A stretch of 63,998 nucleotides of DNA, the filler included, from an uncultured bacterium (lineage in GTDB: Bacteria; Latescibacterota; UBA2968), in assembly GCA_964471275.1 (NCBI GenBank). It is 4 parts of 4 records of this genome, joined end to end, with 100 filler letters (N's around TTAATTAATTAA, not from the genome) between each part and the next. Parts side by side here need not be neighbours in the genome. Positions count along the whole stretch, not along the records: positions 16,209 to 32,235 come from CAYYGZ010000095.1; 3 more parts are not named here. One strand, given 5' to 3'. Position numbers and translations under genes: made by a program. Shown here one piece after another: positions 19,463-30,934 of this stretch (position 1 is the first letter of the stretch; the number at the start of each line of letters is the position of its first letter). The notes under the pieces were generated by a model. The model had not been told where the DNA came from. It saw nothing but the letters and a program-made list of their open reading frames with translations, and ran no database searches.

Positions 19463-21643
19463 TTACTTGATGAACAAGATCTCCTGATATGTGGGCAGCG
19501 GCCAGAGATCGTCTGCTACGATCTCTTCGAGCGCGTCCACGACTTCACGAACCTTCAGCATAGCCGGCAGGACCTTCTTTCCTGCGTGCTTAGCCTCAGC
19601 GAGCGTCGTGCTGGCCTCGTGGTCCATTATCTTTTCGAGAGATTTCACGCTTGTCTGCAGATCGTTGATCAGGTCGGTGAGTTCGTTCAGCGGGCCGACG
19701 TCGAAATTCGTCCCAACCGCTTTCATTGCGGCACCGGCCGTGGCCAACTCCGTCTGATACCGAACGGCAGCAGGATAGATGACCGTCTTCGCCATCTCGA
19801 CCGTCAGGCTGGACTCGACGCTGACGGTCATCACATACTGCTCAAGGTAGATCTCTTGACGACTGCTGAGCTCACGGCGGCTCAGAACCTTGTATTTGCC
19901 GAAGAGGGCCACAACCTCCTTCGATGTCAGGACGGGTATCGATTCGATGGATGTCTTGAGGTTCGGGAGTCCCCGCTTCTCTGCTTCGGCGTGCCAATCG
20001 TCCGAGTATCCGTCACCGTTGAAGATGACTGGCTCGTGCTGGTTGATGATTTCCTTGAGAAGCTTCTGGATCGCGGCGTTCAGCTTCTTGGAATCGCCCT
20101 TTGTTGCCTTCTCGAGTGTCGTTGCCACATAGTCGAGTGATTCGGCGACAATCGTGTTCATTGCTACGAGAGGGCCCGCGATCGACTGGTTGGACGCGAC
20201 GGCTCGGAACTCGAATCGATTGCCGGTGAAGGCGAAGGGGCTCGTACGGTTCCGGTCACCCGCATCCTTGGGCAGCGAGGGCAGGACATCGACACCAACT
20301 GCAAGCGTGCCGGGCTTTCGGGATGTTCTTACACTGCCCTTCTTGATCTGCGCAAACACGTCTGTCAACACGTCTCCGAGGAAGATCGAGATGATGGCTG
20401 GCGGCGCCTCGTTGGCTCCCAGGCGGTGATCATTCCCAGCAGAGGCGACAACTGCACGAAGCAGTGGCGCATATGTGCTGACGGCACGGATGACAGCGGC
20501 ACAGAAGACGAGGAACTGGGCGTTCTGGTGCGGTGTGTCGCCCGGGTCGAGCAGATTGCCCTGTGTCGCGTTGCCCAGCGAGAAGTTTACGTGCTTGCCG
20601 GACCCGTTGACGCCAGCAAACGGCTTCTCGTGTGTCAGACAAGTCATACCGTGCTTCTGCGCGATCCGCTTGAGCGTGATCATCACCAGCTGTTGATGGT
20701 CTGTCGCGATGTTGCTTGTCTCGAAGACAGGCGCAATCTCGTACTGACCCGGTGCGACCTCGTTATGTCGCGTTTTGATCGGGATGCCCAATTTGAACAG
20801 TTCCCGCTCGCTCTCGTGCATACAGGAGAGCACGCGCTCCGGAATGGCTCCAAAGTAGTGATCATCGAACTCCTGGCCCTTTGGAGGTGCTGCGCCAAAG
20901 AGCGTCCGTCCCGCATTAATGAGGTCTGGACGGGCGTAGAAGAAGTTGCTGTCGATCAGGAAGTATTCCTGCTCAGGACCTGCGGTTGACGACACCATCG
21001 ATATGTTTGAGTGGCCAAAGAGTTCGAGGATCCGCCGGGCCTGTTTATCGAGTGCCTGCATCGATCTCAGCACGGGGGTCTTCTTGTCGAGCGCCTCACC
21101 GGTCCACGATACGAAGGCAGTGGGGATACAGAGTGTCGTGCCGTTTGGGTTCTCGAGGATGTAGGCAGGGCTGGTGACGTCCCACGCCGTGTATCCACGC
21201 GCTTCGAATGTCTGACGGATGCCACCCGATGGGAAGCTGGAGGCATCCGGCTCGCCCTGGATCAGCTGCGAACCCGAGAATTCCGCCAATGCTCCGCCGT
21301 TGCCGTCAGGAGCCAGAAAACTGTCGTGTTTCTCGGCCGTGCTGCCTGTGAGCGGGAAGAAGACGTGCGTGTAGTGCGTGGCGCCGCGCTCGATTGCCCA
21401 ATCCTTCATGGCAACGGCGACAACGTCCGCAACCGAGCCGTCCAGCTTGGCGCCAGCGTTGATCGTCTGCATGATCGACTTGTATGTGTCTTTCGGCAGC
21501 CGCTCTTTCATAACCCTCGTACTGAAGACATTGGCGCCAAAGATCTCACTTGTCGGCGTGTCAACGAAGTTGAAAGACGGTGCCGACTGCTTGTGGTTTG
21601 TGACTGCTGAGATTGCTTGCAGCCGTGCTGTGCTTCCGCTCAT
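19463..21643 (-). CDS. glnA: Glutamine synthetase type III
   Basis: [79 protein letters not shown] before ATG 21643. Confidence 0.96.
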   Translation of the reverse strand: MSGSTARLQAISAVTNHKQSAPSFNFVDTPTSEIFGANVFSTRVMKERLPKDTYKSIMQTINAGAKLDGSVADVVAVAMKDWAIERGATHYTHVFFPLTGSTAEKHDSFLAPDGNGGALAEFSGSQLIQGEPDASSFPSGGIRQTFEARGYTAWDVTSPAYILENPNGTTLCIPTAFVSWTGEALDKKTPVLRSMQALDKQARRILELFGHSNISMVSSTAGPEQEYFLIDSNFFYARPDLINAGRTLFGAAPPKGQEFDDHYFGAIPERVLSCMHESERELFKLGIPIKTRHNEVAPGQYEIAPVFETSNIATDHQQLVMITLKRIAQKHGMTCLTHEKPFAGVNGSGKHVNFSLGNATQGNLLDPGDTPHQNAQFLVFCAAVIRAVSTYAPLLRAVVASAGNDHRLGANEAPPAIISIFLGDVLTDVFAQIKKGSVRTSRKPGTLAVGVDVLPSLPKDAGDRNRTSPFAFTGNRFEFRAVASNQSIAGPLVAMNTIVAESLDYVATTLEKATKGDSKKLNAAIQKLLKEIINQHEPVIFNGDGYSDDWHAEAEKRGLPNLKTSIESIPVLTSKEVVALFGKYKVLSRRELSSRQEIYLEQYVMTVSVESSLTVEMAKTVIYPAAVRYQTELATAGAAMKAVGTNFDVGPLNELTDLINDLQTSVKSLEKIMDHEASTTLAEAKHAGKKVLPAMLKVREVVDALEEIVADDLWPLPTYQEILFIK

Positions 21644-21861
21644 GATTCCTCCCTGACCGTCGTCTGGAGACCTCCACCTGCTGCGAATCTGGGCCCCTCG
21701 ATGATCGGGAAGATTCGCGCGGTGAGTCATGGGTGATTGTTTGCCTGGACAGGCCAAGCAGTGCGAATAGACGAAGTAATAATGTAATGCGGGAATGTTT
21801 CCACAAGATTTCGTGCTAGAGAAAAAAGCGCCAGGAGGTCGAGAAATCTGGGCTCGCACTC

Positions 21862-22893
21862 TCAAATTTGGGGCTGCAGGACCACTTTCATGACATTCTC
21901 TGCCTTCCGATCCATCAGATCCAGAGCGTGCGGCGCCTGATCGAGCGGGACTCTGTGTGTGATGAGGGACTCGACGTCTAGCTGGCCTGAAGACATGATT
22001 TCGAACACGGGACCATATCCCTCCGGCATTCCCTGCGATCCGATCATTGATTTTTCGCTGAATTTGAAGTCAATGATGGGCACGGTTGCCCGGTTTGCCC
22101 CGAATGACCCGACAACTACGATCAGACCCGACTTCCTGACCGTTTCAACGGCCTGGGGAATCGTGTCATCCTGATCCCCACCGACACATTCGATCACCTT
22201 GTCGACACCGACTCCTTCCGTCATGTCCAGGATGAGAGCAAACAGGTCTTCGTGGCTGGTGTTCAGGGCAAGATCGGCACCCAACTCACGGGCTCTCTGA
22301 ACCCGATAATCGACGATGTCCGTTGAGATGACTCGCGCGCCTCGCAATCTTGCCAGCATCATCGCGGAAAGCCCGATCGGTCCGCATCCTTGAATCAGAA
22401 CTGTTTCGCCTGCCTGGATCCGGGCGCGACCTGAAACCGCGTGGTTGGCGATCGCCGTGGGTTGGGCGACGGCGGCTTGGTCAAAAGAGAGGTTTTCGGG
22501 AATGGCCACGAGGCCGGAAGCGACGACCGTCATCGATTCCGCATACCCGCCGTGTGCCGTGAACCCAGGACCTCCGAGACTCGAGCAATCGACGGGTCGG
22601 CTGTCGCGACAGGCCTCGCACGATCTGCACGCTTTACGACCCGTACCCGCCACCCGATCGCCAACTTTCACCGAGCCGACACCTTCGCCGACCGCTTCGA
22701 CCACGCTGGCAACTTCGTGACCCATGACGCGCGGGAACGTCATCTTCGGGTGCTGGCCGTGCAGACCCTCAAGATCCGATCCACAGACGGAACAGGATTC
22801 GATTCGTAGCTTGACCTCGCCAGGGCCAGGGTCCTGTTCGGGCAAGTCGACAAGGCCGATCTGGCCGGGTTCGCTGAGCAGGATGGCTTTCAT
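21862..22893 (-). CDS. Zinc-dependent (MDR) alcohol/sugar dehydrogenase
   Basis: CGSD, GHE, CxxCxxC, GCGPIG. Confidence 0.92.
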   Translation of the reverse strand: MKAILLSEPGQIGLVDLPEQDPGPGEVKLRIESCSVCGSDLEGLHGQHPKMTFPRVMGHEVASVVEAVGEGVGSVKVGDRVAGTGRKACRSCEACRDSRPVDCSSLGGPGFTAHGGYAESMTVVASGLVAIPENLSFDQAAVAQPTAIANHAVSGRARIQAGETVLIQGCGPIGLSAMMLARLRGARVISTDIVDYRVQRARELGADLALNTSHEDLFALILDMTEGVGVDKVIECVGGDQDDTIPQAVETVRKSGLIVVVGSFGANRATVPIIDFKFSEKSMIGSQGMPEGYGPVFEIMSSGQLDVESLITHRVPLDQAPHALDLMDRKAENVMKVVLQPQI

Positions 22894-22970
22894 GGGAAAC
22901 TCCAGACTTTCTGCCTCCGTTGATGATCTGTGATGGGAGGCGGCGATGGTCTGCGAATTGAGCGGGCCCG

Positions 22971-24653
22971 TCAGTCTGTTTCCAGTATAGACTCCGTTGC
23001 TTCAGACCAGGTACCGGTGCGGATCTGTATCGTATGATCAACGGGAACACGGTGAGTTGTCAGAACGCGGAATGCACCCGGCTCAGGCTCACTGCCGCGC
23101 ATGTTCTGCATTCGGTGCCCGATAGCGCCAGGTCCGATCGAGATCGCATCAGCACCTTTGTGGTATGTGGCGAAGCCGCTTCGTAGAAAGGCCGTCTGTC
23201 CCGCCTCACCATCCGCGATCAGGCTTTCCGAGTGGAGCGTACCGCTAGGACTGAAGGCAAAGAGTACCTCGAGCGGGATGTTGTCGAATGGTTCAGAGGT
23301 GACGAGCCGCAGGTCGAATCCGCCGTCCACGTCTTGGATATCGAGTGACATTTCAAGCCGGGGATACGCCGTGAATTCTCGCTCTGCCATGACCTCTCTG
23401 TATGCCTCCATGGAGACGGGGCGATTCACCGGATGCCAATACCCGGGTGACTCACGGTGTGGCTGCTTGCCTTCGAAAATCAGTCGTACTCCGTCATCGA
23501 CTGGTTCCATCCGATCCCCTTTGAATTGGGCACGGCTGAAGTATGTCGCGCAGACTTTGATCCCCAGCTCGATATCGCCGCGGCGAATCGAGAAGGGCGT
23601 TGTGATCCCGATCGAGGCCGTCGCGCTGGTTTCCCCCTGGCGAACCCGCCAAATACCGGAAGACGGCATGTGGTGTGTATAGCTTTCCGGTAGGGGAGCT
23701 CGCTCGACATCATCCTGGATCCATTCCGGATGCGTGATGAACGGCTCCAACGACCACGGGATGGCGGCGCGTTGGTAGGTGGCGAGCCAGTCTGCGACCG
23801 AGGCGTAGAAACCGTTGTTATCGATCCGGGAAAGCGCATAGTAGCTGTCGAGCATGCTGACTGGAACGACGCGCTGACCCCGATCCTGGCGATTTGACAG
23901 GCTGGTAACGACCGTTCCGTCTGCGTGAAGGAGATGATACGAGGCGTCCAGATTCCGGCGGACGGCGTCCAGCAGATCAGGCCGACCGGCAGACTCAGCG
24001 GTCAGTCTGAGCGACCGGTTGCAGATGGCGTTGTAGACGGCCGTACTGCGCTCGGTATACTCACCGTCAGGGCTGATGTCGACTGTCTCCGCCAGGTAGG
24101 ATTCGATCTCGGACAACGCATCGAGGTCAGGAAACAGGCGCAGTGCCTGTGAGAGGGCTGAAGTTAGGACCCATCGGTGATTGGGTGTGTGGAATCCACC
24201 CGATACCATCCCTGGCACGGCCGACTGAATGATCTCACCCCATTCGACCGCGATATCATCCGATCCCTCAAGCGCTGAATCACGGGTCGCCGAGACGACA
24301 CTCGCGATAGCCTCGATGAGAAAGGCTGTCATCGGCCCACAATCCCAGTTGGTTGTGATGAGATCAAATCGTCCGGACGGACGGCGGATGGATCGAAAGA
24401 AGGACGCTGCCAGTAGGATGCGCTCGAGAATCTTAGGGTTGTCGTGGTAGTACGAACCCTTGCTCAGCCATGCATAGCCGAGCGTCTGAACCGCACCGAT
24501 GTGCGAAGAGCTTGGTGTGCCCTCGGCTGCGCCAACGAAGCCCCCGTGATCCGGATGGCTGGTATCGAGGATCTGGTTAGGGAGGATCGATGCGACCTGA
24601 GCATCGAGATGGGTGAGCAGGGCGGTGTAGGTTAGCTTTGGGGGTGATGTCAT
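22971..24653 (-). CDS. Uncharacterised protein, heparinase II/III-like architecture
   Basis: GGFHTPNHRW, DGEYTERSTAVYN, SNRQD motifs; helical N-half, beta-rich C-half. Confidence 0.6.
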   Translation of the reverse strand: MTSPPKLTYTALLTHLDAQVASILPNQILDTSHPDHGGFVGAAEGTPSSSHIGAVQTLGYAWLSKGSYYHDNPKILERILLAASFFRSIRRPSGRFDLITTNWDCGPMTAFLIEAIASVVSATRDSALEGSDDIAVEWGEIIQSAVPGMVSGGFHTPNHRWVLTSALSQALRLFPDLDALSEIESYLAETVDISPDGEYTERSTAVYNAICNRSLRLTAESAGRPDLLDAVRRNLDASYHLLHADGTVVTSLSNRQDRGQRVVPVSMLDSYYALSRIDNNGFYASVADWLATYQRAAIPWSLEPFITHPEWIQDDVERAPLPESYTHHMPSSGIWRVRQGETSATASIGITTPFSIRRGDIELGIKVCATYFSRAQFKGDRMEPVDDGVRLIFEGKQPHRESPGYWHPVNRPVSMEAYREVMAEREFTAYPRLEMSLDIQDVDGGFDLRLVTSEPFDNIPLEVLFAFSPSGTLHSESLIADGEAGQTAFLRSGFATYHKGADAISIGPGAIGHRMQNMRGSEPEPGAFRVLTTHRVPVDHTIQIRTGTWSEATESILETD

Positions 24654-24698
24654 CCAGTTGTCCGTGAACGGTCCTGCACTCTGATCAGCAGGTCGCTC

Positions 24699-25445
24699 CT
24701 ACGATTGATCCTTCTTCCAGGTTTCATACTCTTCGCGGGCTTCGTCGGTCAGCGGATAGTATTTCCGGAGATCGCCGCCCTCGAGGAGACGCTGGCGGCT
24801 GAAGACTTCCCACTCGGCGTGAGCACCGGCTTTTCCTGCCAGTTCCGCGGCCAGATCGACGGGGACGACGACCGCGCCATCATCATCGGCGATGATGATG
24901 TCGCCGGGCATGACGAGTACGCCGCCACAACCGATCGGGACGTTGACACCCATCGGCCAGATGTTCGTCTGCGTGTGAAAATTGGGTGTGAAACCGCGTG
25001 TCCACAGAGGCAGTTCGAGCTGCTTGACGTTCGGGTAATCGCGGACGCAACCGTCGACGATGACACCAGCCCCCCCTCGGCCTTTGAAGAAGGTGAGCAT
25101 CATGTCGCCAAAGACACCGCTCATCATGTCACCGCGCGCGTCGACGACGACCACATCTCCGGGCTTGGTATGATATAGGGCGTGTCTGTGGAGCTGTCGC
25201 TCCGGGCCGGAGTATTCTCCGGGTTTGTGCAGGTCCTCGCGTTTCGGCAGGAATTGGAGTGTGATCGCTGGCCCGACGATGCTCGCGCCCTCCAGACGGG
25301 GAAGCGGGCCCTGCAGGTGTGGGTTTCGCACACCTAGTTTTGCGAGCTCGCCGCTTGCAGTGGCACTGCCAATGCCCTTGAGACTGTCGACCAGATCCTG
25401 TGGGGGTCTGGTTATGTCAGATGTTTCGATGTCGCCTGAATTCAT
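24699..25445 (-). CDS. RraA/HMG-aldolase family protein
   Basis: GPAITLQFLPKRED, GVFGDMM, VDGCVRD, PGDIIIADDDG. Confidence 0.88.
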   Translation of the reverse strand: MNSGDIETSDITRPPQDLVDSLKGIGSATASGELAKLGVRNPHLQGPLPRLEGASIVGPAITLQFLPKREDLHKPGEYSGPERQLHRHALYHTKPGDVVVVDARGDMMSGVFGDMMLTFFKGRGGAGVIVDGCVRDYPNVKQLELPLWTRGFTPNFHTQTNIWPMGVNVPIGCGGVLVMPGDIIIADDDGAVVVPVDLAAELAGKAGAHAEWEVFSRQRLLEGGDLRKYYPLTDEAREEYETWKKDQS

Positions 25446-25693
25446 ATCGTACCTTTCTCGTATCTTGAGTCGGATGCCCACAAGTTAGTTCTGAAAGAAG
25501 GAAATCGGAACAAACATCATTCCACCAGCTTGATCAATGTGCAACTGGTCGAGGGGTCCACGCTTTAACCCTTTGGGTATCGGCAGAATCCTACTTGCCG
25601 ATGACGTCACCTGATTGAGTGCACTTAACCACAGGAAGCGTCTGCGCGAATGGAGCGTACAAGAAGCGAGTGATGAGCTCCGACCGGTACTTA

Positions 25694-26238
25694 TTACTCG
25701 CGATCCGTCCTCGGCAGCATGCCTTCGACCTTCTTGAACGTCGAGGTCAGTTGTCGGTAGTTTCGGAATCCACACTTGTCAGCGACTGAATATAGCGGTT
25801 CATCGCCCGACTCTATCAGCTGCTTCGCTCGGAGTACTCGGTGTGCCGCGACGCACTTCTTGAATGAGGTAACCAGATGCTCCCTGAACAGCTTGGACAC
25901 GTATCGCGGCGAGATGTTAAAGTGGCTGCAGAGATCGTCTATACGAAGGCTAGCGTCGTATGCGTGATCCATGACATACGCCCCGATTCGCTCTGCGAGC
26001 GTTCGGGTTGACGGATACCGAGCATCGAGAAATCGTCTGATGATGGTCAGCAGCTCTTTCGTCCTGAAGGGATTCTTGAGGAAATTCCTCGTCCCCCGCC
26101 TCGTCGCAAGCACAGCCGATTCCACGGTTCCCGCCCGAGTCTCAGGGCAAGGAACTCGAGCAGGTCGGCGTCGTCGTCCGCTACAAGGACGATTGGGAGG
26201 GTTTCTTGACTATCTGTTATTTGCTTTTTATAAATCAT
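25694..26238 (-). pseudogene. Response regulator (REC + AraC HTH) with deleted receiver core and frameshift
   Basis: VLVADDDADLLEFL in one frame; ESAVLATRRG..FLKNPF and AraC HTH (VADKCGF..FKKVEGMLP) in another; phospho-acceptor segment missing. Confidence 0.7.
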
Positions 26239-26463
26239 CGTAACTGTATGAAAATTAAAGATATGGCCAGCTATTCCACAGCACAAAAGGAAAAAAGATA
26301 AGATGTGTGTAGTTTGTTTAGAAAGCGGAACATCGCCATCCGTTGCTGGTGGGAGGCGGGCTAAGGGGTGAGGCGATCCTTAGCGTAGCAACAGAGCAGC
26401 CAAAACAGAATCGATGCGGGTAGCTGCAGAACCATCAGGAAGATATGACCAGGCGTGAGGTGT

Positions 26464-27240
26464 CTACCAACTGTGGGATACGCCGCCACCGAGATACGTG
26501 CCTTTGGCGGTGTTACGGCCCGAGATTGTGCGGATCACGTCCACCGTGATGCTGATCTCTCCGGTCTGTAGAGCCAAGCCAGCCCCTATGTTCACGAAGT
26601 CTTGATCGCTGAAATTCGGGTTAGCCAGGTCTGGGCGTTCAACCGCTTGGCGATGGGCCACCGATTTCCGCTGAATAGATGATAACCTGATCAGCAAATC
26701 CACCTCGTCGCCGATAGCCAACCTTGGCCGTGCCATATCCTGGTATGGGCCAGAAGCTTCGACCCAGAAGCACCCGGAGGTTACCGTCGAGACTTTGGCC
26801 GTGCCGAGCGAAGGACTCGAGAATTGGCTCTAACTATAGAGCGGTGCCTTTATGCGGCTACTCACAGATAGGACAATCGGGTCACTAAGGAGCGGGGTCC
26901 AGAAGCCACACTGTCAGGTCACCGATGCCGATCGTGTGGCATCCGCCTTGCTGGCCCGTTTGATCGGGACATTCGCTATGAGGGTTATTCTTTCGTGGAG
27001 ACCGTACTCGAGGTAGGTATTGAAGCTGAGGTCTGTGTAGTCGCCGGAAGAAATGCCACCGGCGTTGAGGCCGACTGTGTCGCCGTTGTGGTCAAGAACG
27101 GTGCTTGTGCGGAAAGAGGCGCAGGTGAGCTTGACATAGCCACCATCTTTCTTTTGCAACCAGGCACCGGCGGAGGCGCGCTTCGGTGCGACCGCCGTGA
27201 CCAGAAATGACAGTAGGGCAAGCAGCAGGGCCCGCTTCAT
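26464..27240 (-). pseudogene. Degraded outer-membrane beta-barrel-like protein
   Basis: Signal peptide and AGAWLQKKDGGY..YLEYGL (26914-27240); C-terminal fragment ending SGRNTAKG..GGVSHSW (26464-26736); middle disrupted. Confidence 0.55.
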
Positions 27241-27270
27241 CGTCGGTCCAAGCTTGGTTACCGATCGAAA

Positions 27271-29103
27271 CTACCCGATCGTGAGAAGTGTGGCCCCGGC
27301 GGCGATTTGCTCTCCCTCTGACACGTCGACCGACCGAACCGTTCCAGTCACCGGTGACGCGATCTGCATTTCCATCTTCATCGCTTCGAGCACTAGGAGC
27401 GTCTCTCCTTCGGTAACAGAACTGCCCTGCCCCATCAGGATGCGGATGACCTTGCCCGGCATTTCTGCTTTGACGGGCTGCCCTTGCCCGCCGGAAGCAG
27501 CGGTTGGCGCTCCCGTGCTTTCCTGCAATCCAACACTGAATACCTGCCCGTCTACGGTCGCCCGGTCCCCGTCGATGGACAACTGGAACTCCCTTCCGTC
27601 TACTGTCAGGGTGTAGCTCGCCGGTTCTTCGGCTGACGCTGGCTGCTCAACCTTCTTGTCGATCTTGCGAACTCCTACTTCACCTTCCCCATTCAGGAAA
27701 GCGAGGCCCTTGTCCTTGCACGCGGCAACGATGAAGATGTTCTCATCGGTTTCGGGCAGGCCTTCGGCAGCGAGCTGTTTCCTCGCTGCTTCAATGCCTT
27801 TTTCGGGATCTGCGTCGTTTCTTTCCAGAGGAGGCTGGGTCGTTGGTTCGAGACCGAGTTGCTCCGAGGCGATCTTCACAACGTCGGCATCCGGTGGCAC
27901 GGGTGTTTTACCGAAGTAACCGAGCACCATCTGACCGTAGGGCTCCGCGATGCGCTTCCACTCACCGAACATCACATTGTTGAATGATTGTTGGAAGTAG
28001 AACTGGGACACTGGCGTGACGGATGTCCCGAACCCCCCCTTCCGGACCACTTCACCCATCGCGCGGATCATCTCAGGATAGCGGTCCATGATACCGTTGT
28101 CGCGAAGCATCTGTGTGTTGGCCGTTAATGCGCCACCGGGCATCGGACTCCAGGGAATCATCGGTTCCACAGCGATCGCTTCCGGCNNNNNNNNNNAGGG
28201 GATCAGTGGCTCAACCGTGGTTGCCTCCGGAGGAAGGAAGTAGTCGGACATGGATTCCTTAAACACTTCTTCAGCTTCGCGGACCTTCTCGATATCGATG
28301 TCCAGATCATAGTTTGATCCACGCAGCGCGTGCCACATCACAAGGATATCAGGTTGACACGTACCCCCCGAACAGGGAGCGAGCGAGAGGTCGATTGCAT
28401 CGGCGCCGGCATCGAGAGCGGCCAAGTTAGCTTGAACCGAAATGCCAGCTGTCTCGTGTGTGTGGAAGTGGATGAAGGTGCCTTCAGGCAGCATCGCACG
28501 CGCACGCTTGATTGTGTCGTGAACCTTCGAAGGAACGGCCGTCCCAGACGCATCCTTGAAGCAGACAGAATCGAAAGGAATGTCTGCGTCGAGTATCTGT
28601 CGCAACGTCGCTTCGTAGAAGTTCGCGTCGTGTGCGCCCTCGCAACCTGGCGGCAACTCCATAAGCGTCACACAAACCTGGTGCTTCAGCCCTGCATCGA
28701 CGATGCATCTACCGCTGTGGACAAGGTTGTTGACGTCATTGAGCGCGTCGAAATTCCGAATGGTCGTGATCCCGTGCTTCTTGAACATCAACGCGTGCAA
28801 GTTGACGATGTCACTCGATTGTGACTCAAGCCCAACGACGTTCACCCCGCGGGCAAGCGTCTGCAGATTCGCATCTGGCCCTGCCGTCTCGCGGAAGGCG
28901 TCCATACTGTCAAACGCGTCTTCGTTGCAGTAGAAATAGAGGGACTGGAAGCGTGCTCCACCTCCGGCTTCGAAGTAATCGATGCCGGCATCTCTGGCGG
29001 CTTCGAGGGCGGGGAGGAAGTCCTTGGTGAAAACCCGGGCGCCGTAGACGGACTGGAAACCGTCCCGGAACGCCGTGCACATGAAGGTGACCTTCTTTTT
29101 CAC
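27271..29103 (-). CDS. oadA: Biotin-dependent carboxyltransferase + biotinyl domain (oxaloacetate decarboxylase alpha / PycB type)
   Basis: TAFRDGFQS, RNFDALND, CFKD, HTH, VTPVSQ, EAMKM biotin site; contains a 10-N gap. Confidence 0.88.
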   Translation of the reverse strand: MKKKVTFMCTAFRDGFQSVYGARVFTKDFLPALEAARDAGIDYFEAGGGARFQSLYFYCNEDAFDSMDAFRETAGPDANLQTLARGVNVVGLESQSSDIVNLHALMFKKHGITTIRNFDALNDVNNLVHSGRCIVDAGLKHQVCVTLMELPPGCEGAHDANFYEATLRQILDADIPFDSVCFKDASGTAVPSKVHDTIKRARAMLPEGTFIHFHTHETAGISVQANLAALDAGADAIDLSLAPCSGGTCQPDILVMWHALRGSNYDLDIDIEKVREAEEVFKESMSDYFLPPEATTVEPLIPXXXXPEAIAVEPMIPWSPMPGGALTANTQMLRDNGIMDRYPEMIRAMGEVVRKGGFGTSVTPVSQFYFQQSFNNVMFGEWKRIAEPYGQMVLGYFGKTPVPPDADVVKIASEQLGLEPTTQPPLERNDADPEKGIEAARKQLAAEGLPETDENIFIVAACKDKGLAFLNGEGEVGVRKIDKKVEQPASAEEPASYTLTVDGREFQLSIDGDRATVDGQVFSVGLQESTGAPTAASGGQGQPVKAEMPGKVIRILMGQGSSVTEGETLLVLEAMKMEMQIASPVTGTVRSVDVSEGEQIAAGATLLTIG

Positions 29104-29179
29104 GACTTGGCCTCGATGAGGTAACAGTTCTGTTGCAGGTCGGGGTCTCGAGTACTCCGACGCGTGAATACGATTGTGA

Positions 29180-30307
29180 CTACTTGACGAGTACCGACCA
29201 GAGAATTCCGGCGCCGATCGCAGACCCAACCACGCCGGCCACGTTCGGTGCCATGGCGTGCATCAGGAGATAATTCTGCGGGTCCTCCTGCTGGCCCACC
29301 ATCTGTACCACGCGAGCAGAGTCTGGTACGGCTGAAACGCCGGCGGCCCCGACGAGCGGGTTAATCTTCTGTTTCAGGAACAGGTTCATGAACTTCGCCC
29401 CGAGTACGCCACCCGCGGTGGCGATGCAAAATGAAAGCGCGCCCAGACCGAAGATCAGGAGCGAGTCGGGCTTTAGGAACGTCTGTGCCTGCGTACTCGC
29501 GCCGACGGAGAACCCGAGCAAGATCGTGACGATATCGATGAGCGCATTCCGTGCCGAGTTCGCCAGGCGATCTGTAACTCCGCACTCTTTAAGCACATTA
29601 CCGAAGAAGAGCATTCCCAGAAGTGCGATCGAGCCCGGTGCGATCAGGGCCGCAATCAGGAAAGCTGCGATTGGGAAGATGATCCGCTCTCTGCGTGAGA
29701 TAATGCGAGGTTCGGGCATCCGTATCAAACGCTCCTGGCGCGTGGTCAGGAGTTTCATGATCGGAGGCTGGATAACCGGGACGAGGGCCATGTAGGAGTA
29801 GGCGGCGATGGCAATGGCACCCAACAGATGTGGGGCGAGTTTGGCCGACAAGAAGATTGCGGTCGGCCCGTCTGCGCCTCCAATGATGCCGATTGCGCCG
29901 GATTCGCTTGGGGTGAACCCCATGTACAGCGCCCCGATCAGTGTCAGGAATATCCCAATCTGGGCCGCCGCTCCAAGAAGGATCAGCTTCGGGTTCGAGA
30001 GCATCGTCGAAAAATCGGTCATCGCGCCAATGCCAAGGAAGATCAGTGGCGGGAAGATGCCCTGGCTGACACCAAAGTAGATGTAGTAGAGTACGCTTCC
30101 CTTGTCGTAAACACCCAGCGTCATGGTGTCTATGTAGCCGATGTTTCCGACAATGACGCCGAACCCGATCGGCACAAGCAGGAGCGGCTCGTAGTCCTTT
30201 GTGATCGCCAGAGTGATGAAAATGATCCCGATGATGATCATCACGAGATTTCCACCGGTCATCTGGGCAAAACCGGTGGTCTGGAGAAAGTCTAGAAAGA
30301 TGTTCAT
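29180..30307 (-). CDS. oadB: Na+-translocating decarboxylase beta subunit
   Basis: EPLLLVPIGFG, GAMTDF, GIIGGADGPT, AAYSYMALVP, GVSAVP, HAMAPNVAG. Confidence 0.96.
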   Translation of the reverse strand: MNIFLDFLQTTGFAQMTGGNLVMIIIGIIFITLAITKDYEPLLLVPIGFGVIVGNIGYIDTMTLGVYDKGSVLYYIYFGVSQGIFPPLIFLGIGAMTDFSTMLSNPKLILLGAAAQIGIFLTLIGALYMGFTPSESGAIGIIGGADGPTAIFLSAKLAPHLLGAIAIAAYSYMALVPVIQPPIMKLLTTRQERLIRMPEPRIISRRERIIFPIAAFLIAALIAPGSIALLGMLFFGNVLKECGVTDRLANSARNALIDIVTILLGFSVGASTQAQTFLKPDSLLIFGLGALSFCIATAGGVLGAKFMNLFLKQKINPLVGAAGVSAVPDSARVVQMVGQQEDPQNYLLMHAMAPNVAGVVGSAIGAGILWSVLVK

Positions 30308-30316
30308 TTCGTGACC

Positions 30317-30589
30317 CTACCAGAGATTCCGACGGTGGTGGAGGGCCATGCCAAGCGCGGCCACAAGCTCCCCGCTCAGACCTTCAACGGCAGGCCTGGC
30401 CACCGATGCAGAAGCCTGGTGGCTTTCCTTCTCCGGCCACCTCTTGGCGACTTTCACGAGTATCCGGGGCAGGGCGGCAATGAATAGACTGATGACGCTC
30501 AGAGCAAAAAAGACGATCACCATTCCGGTGATCGCGATACTGACGCCCTGGCCATCGGCGATGTTCTGCAAATCGAAGCTGAAGTTCAA
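30317..30589 (-). CDS. oadG: Na+-translocating decarboxylase gamma subunit
   Basis: ITGMVIVFFALSVI TM segment, ELVAAL..ALHH; directly upstream of oadB; start uncertain. Confidence 0.8.
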   Translation of the reverse strand: MNFSFDLQNIADGQGVSIAITGMVIVFFALSVISLFIAALPRILVKVAKRWPEKESHQASASVARPAVEGLSGELVAALGMALHHRRNLW

Positions 30590-30934
30590 CGAATTCCATC
30601 CTGTTTGTGAGCAATAAGTGCCGTTTGAGAACAACAAATTTACTGTACGGGTCAGGATGACGCAAGATTAAGCAATTTCAGGGCTGAAACACCTGCCGAT
30701 CGTCTCGAACCTACAGGCCACGGCTCGTCTGGGCTGTGGTTCCCTGCAGAGGAGAACAGGGATCTTGTGAAGGGTATTCTCGAACTAGCAGGATTCAGTC
30801 ACCCGATACCGATCGGGCGTGTTGTCGAGTGAATGAGAAATACTGAAAGCAGTGCTTCTCTGTCATATTCCATGTTTTGGTTGCCCGACCATTCGTGCAA
30901 TCCTATCTTCAGCCGCTTGTAGCCCGAAGCGAGA

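Noticed and set aside
21644..21865. N-terminal extensions of glnA (also oadA, priA, MauE) in the ORF track
   Set aside because: Better RBS-supported downstream starts match the family N-termini.
28150..28235. Tandem duplication in oadA (PEATTVEPLIP / PEAIAVEPMIP)
   Set aside because: It straddles a 10-N scaffold gap; most likely two strain variants of the same segment joined by the assembler.
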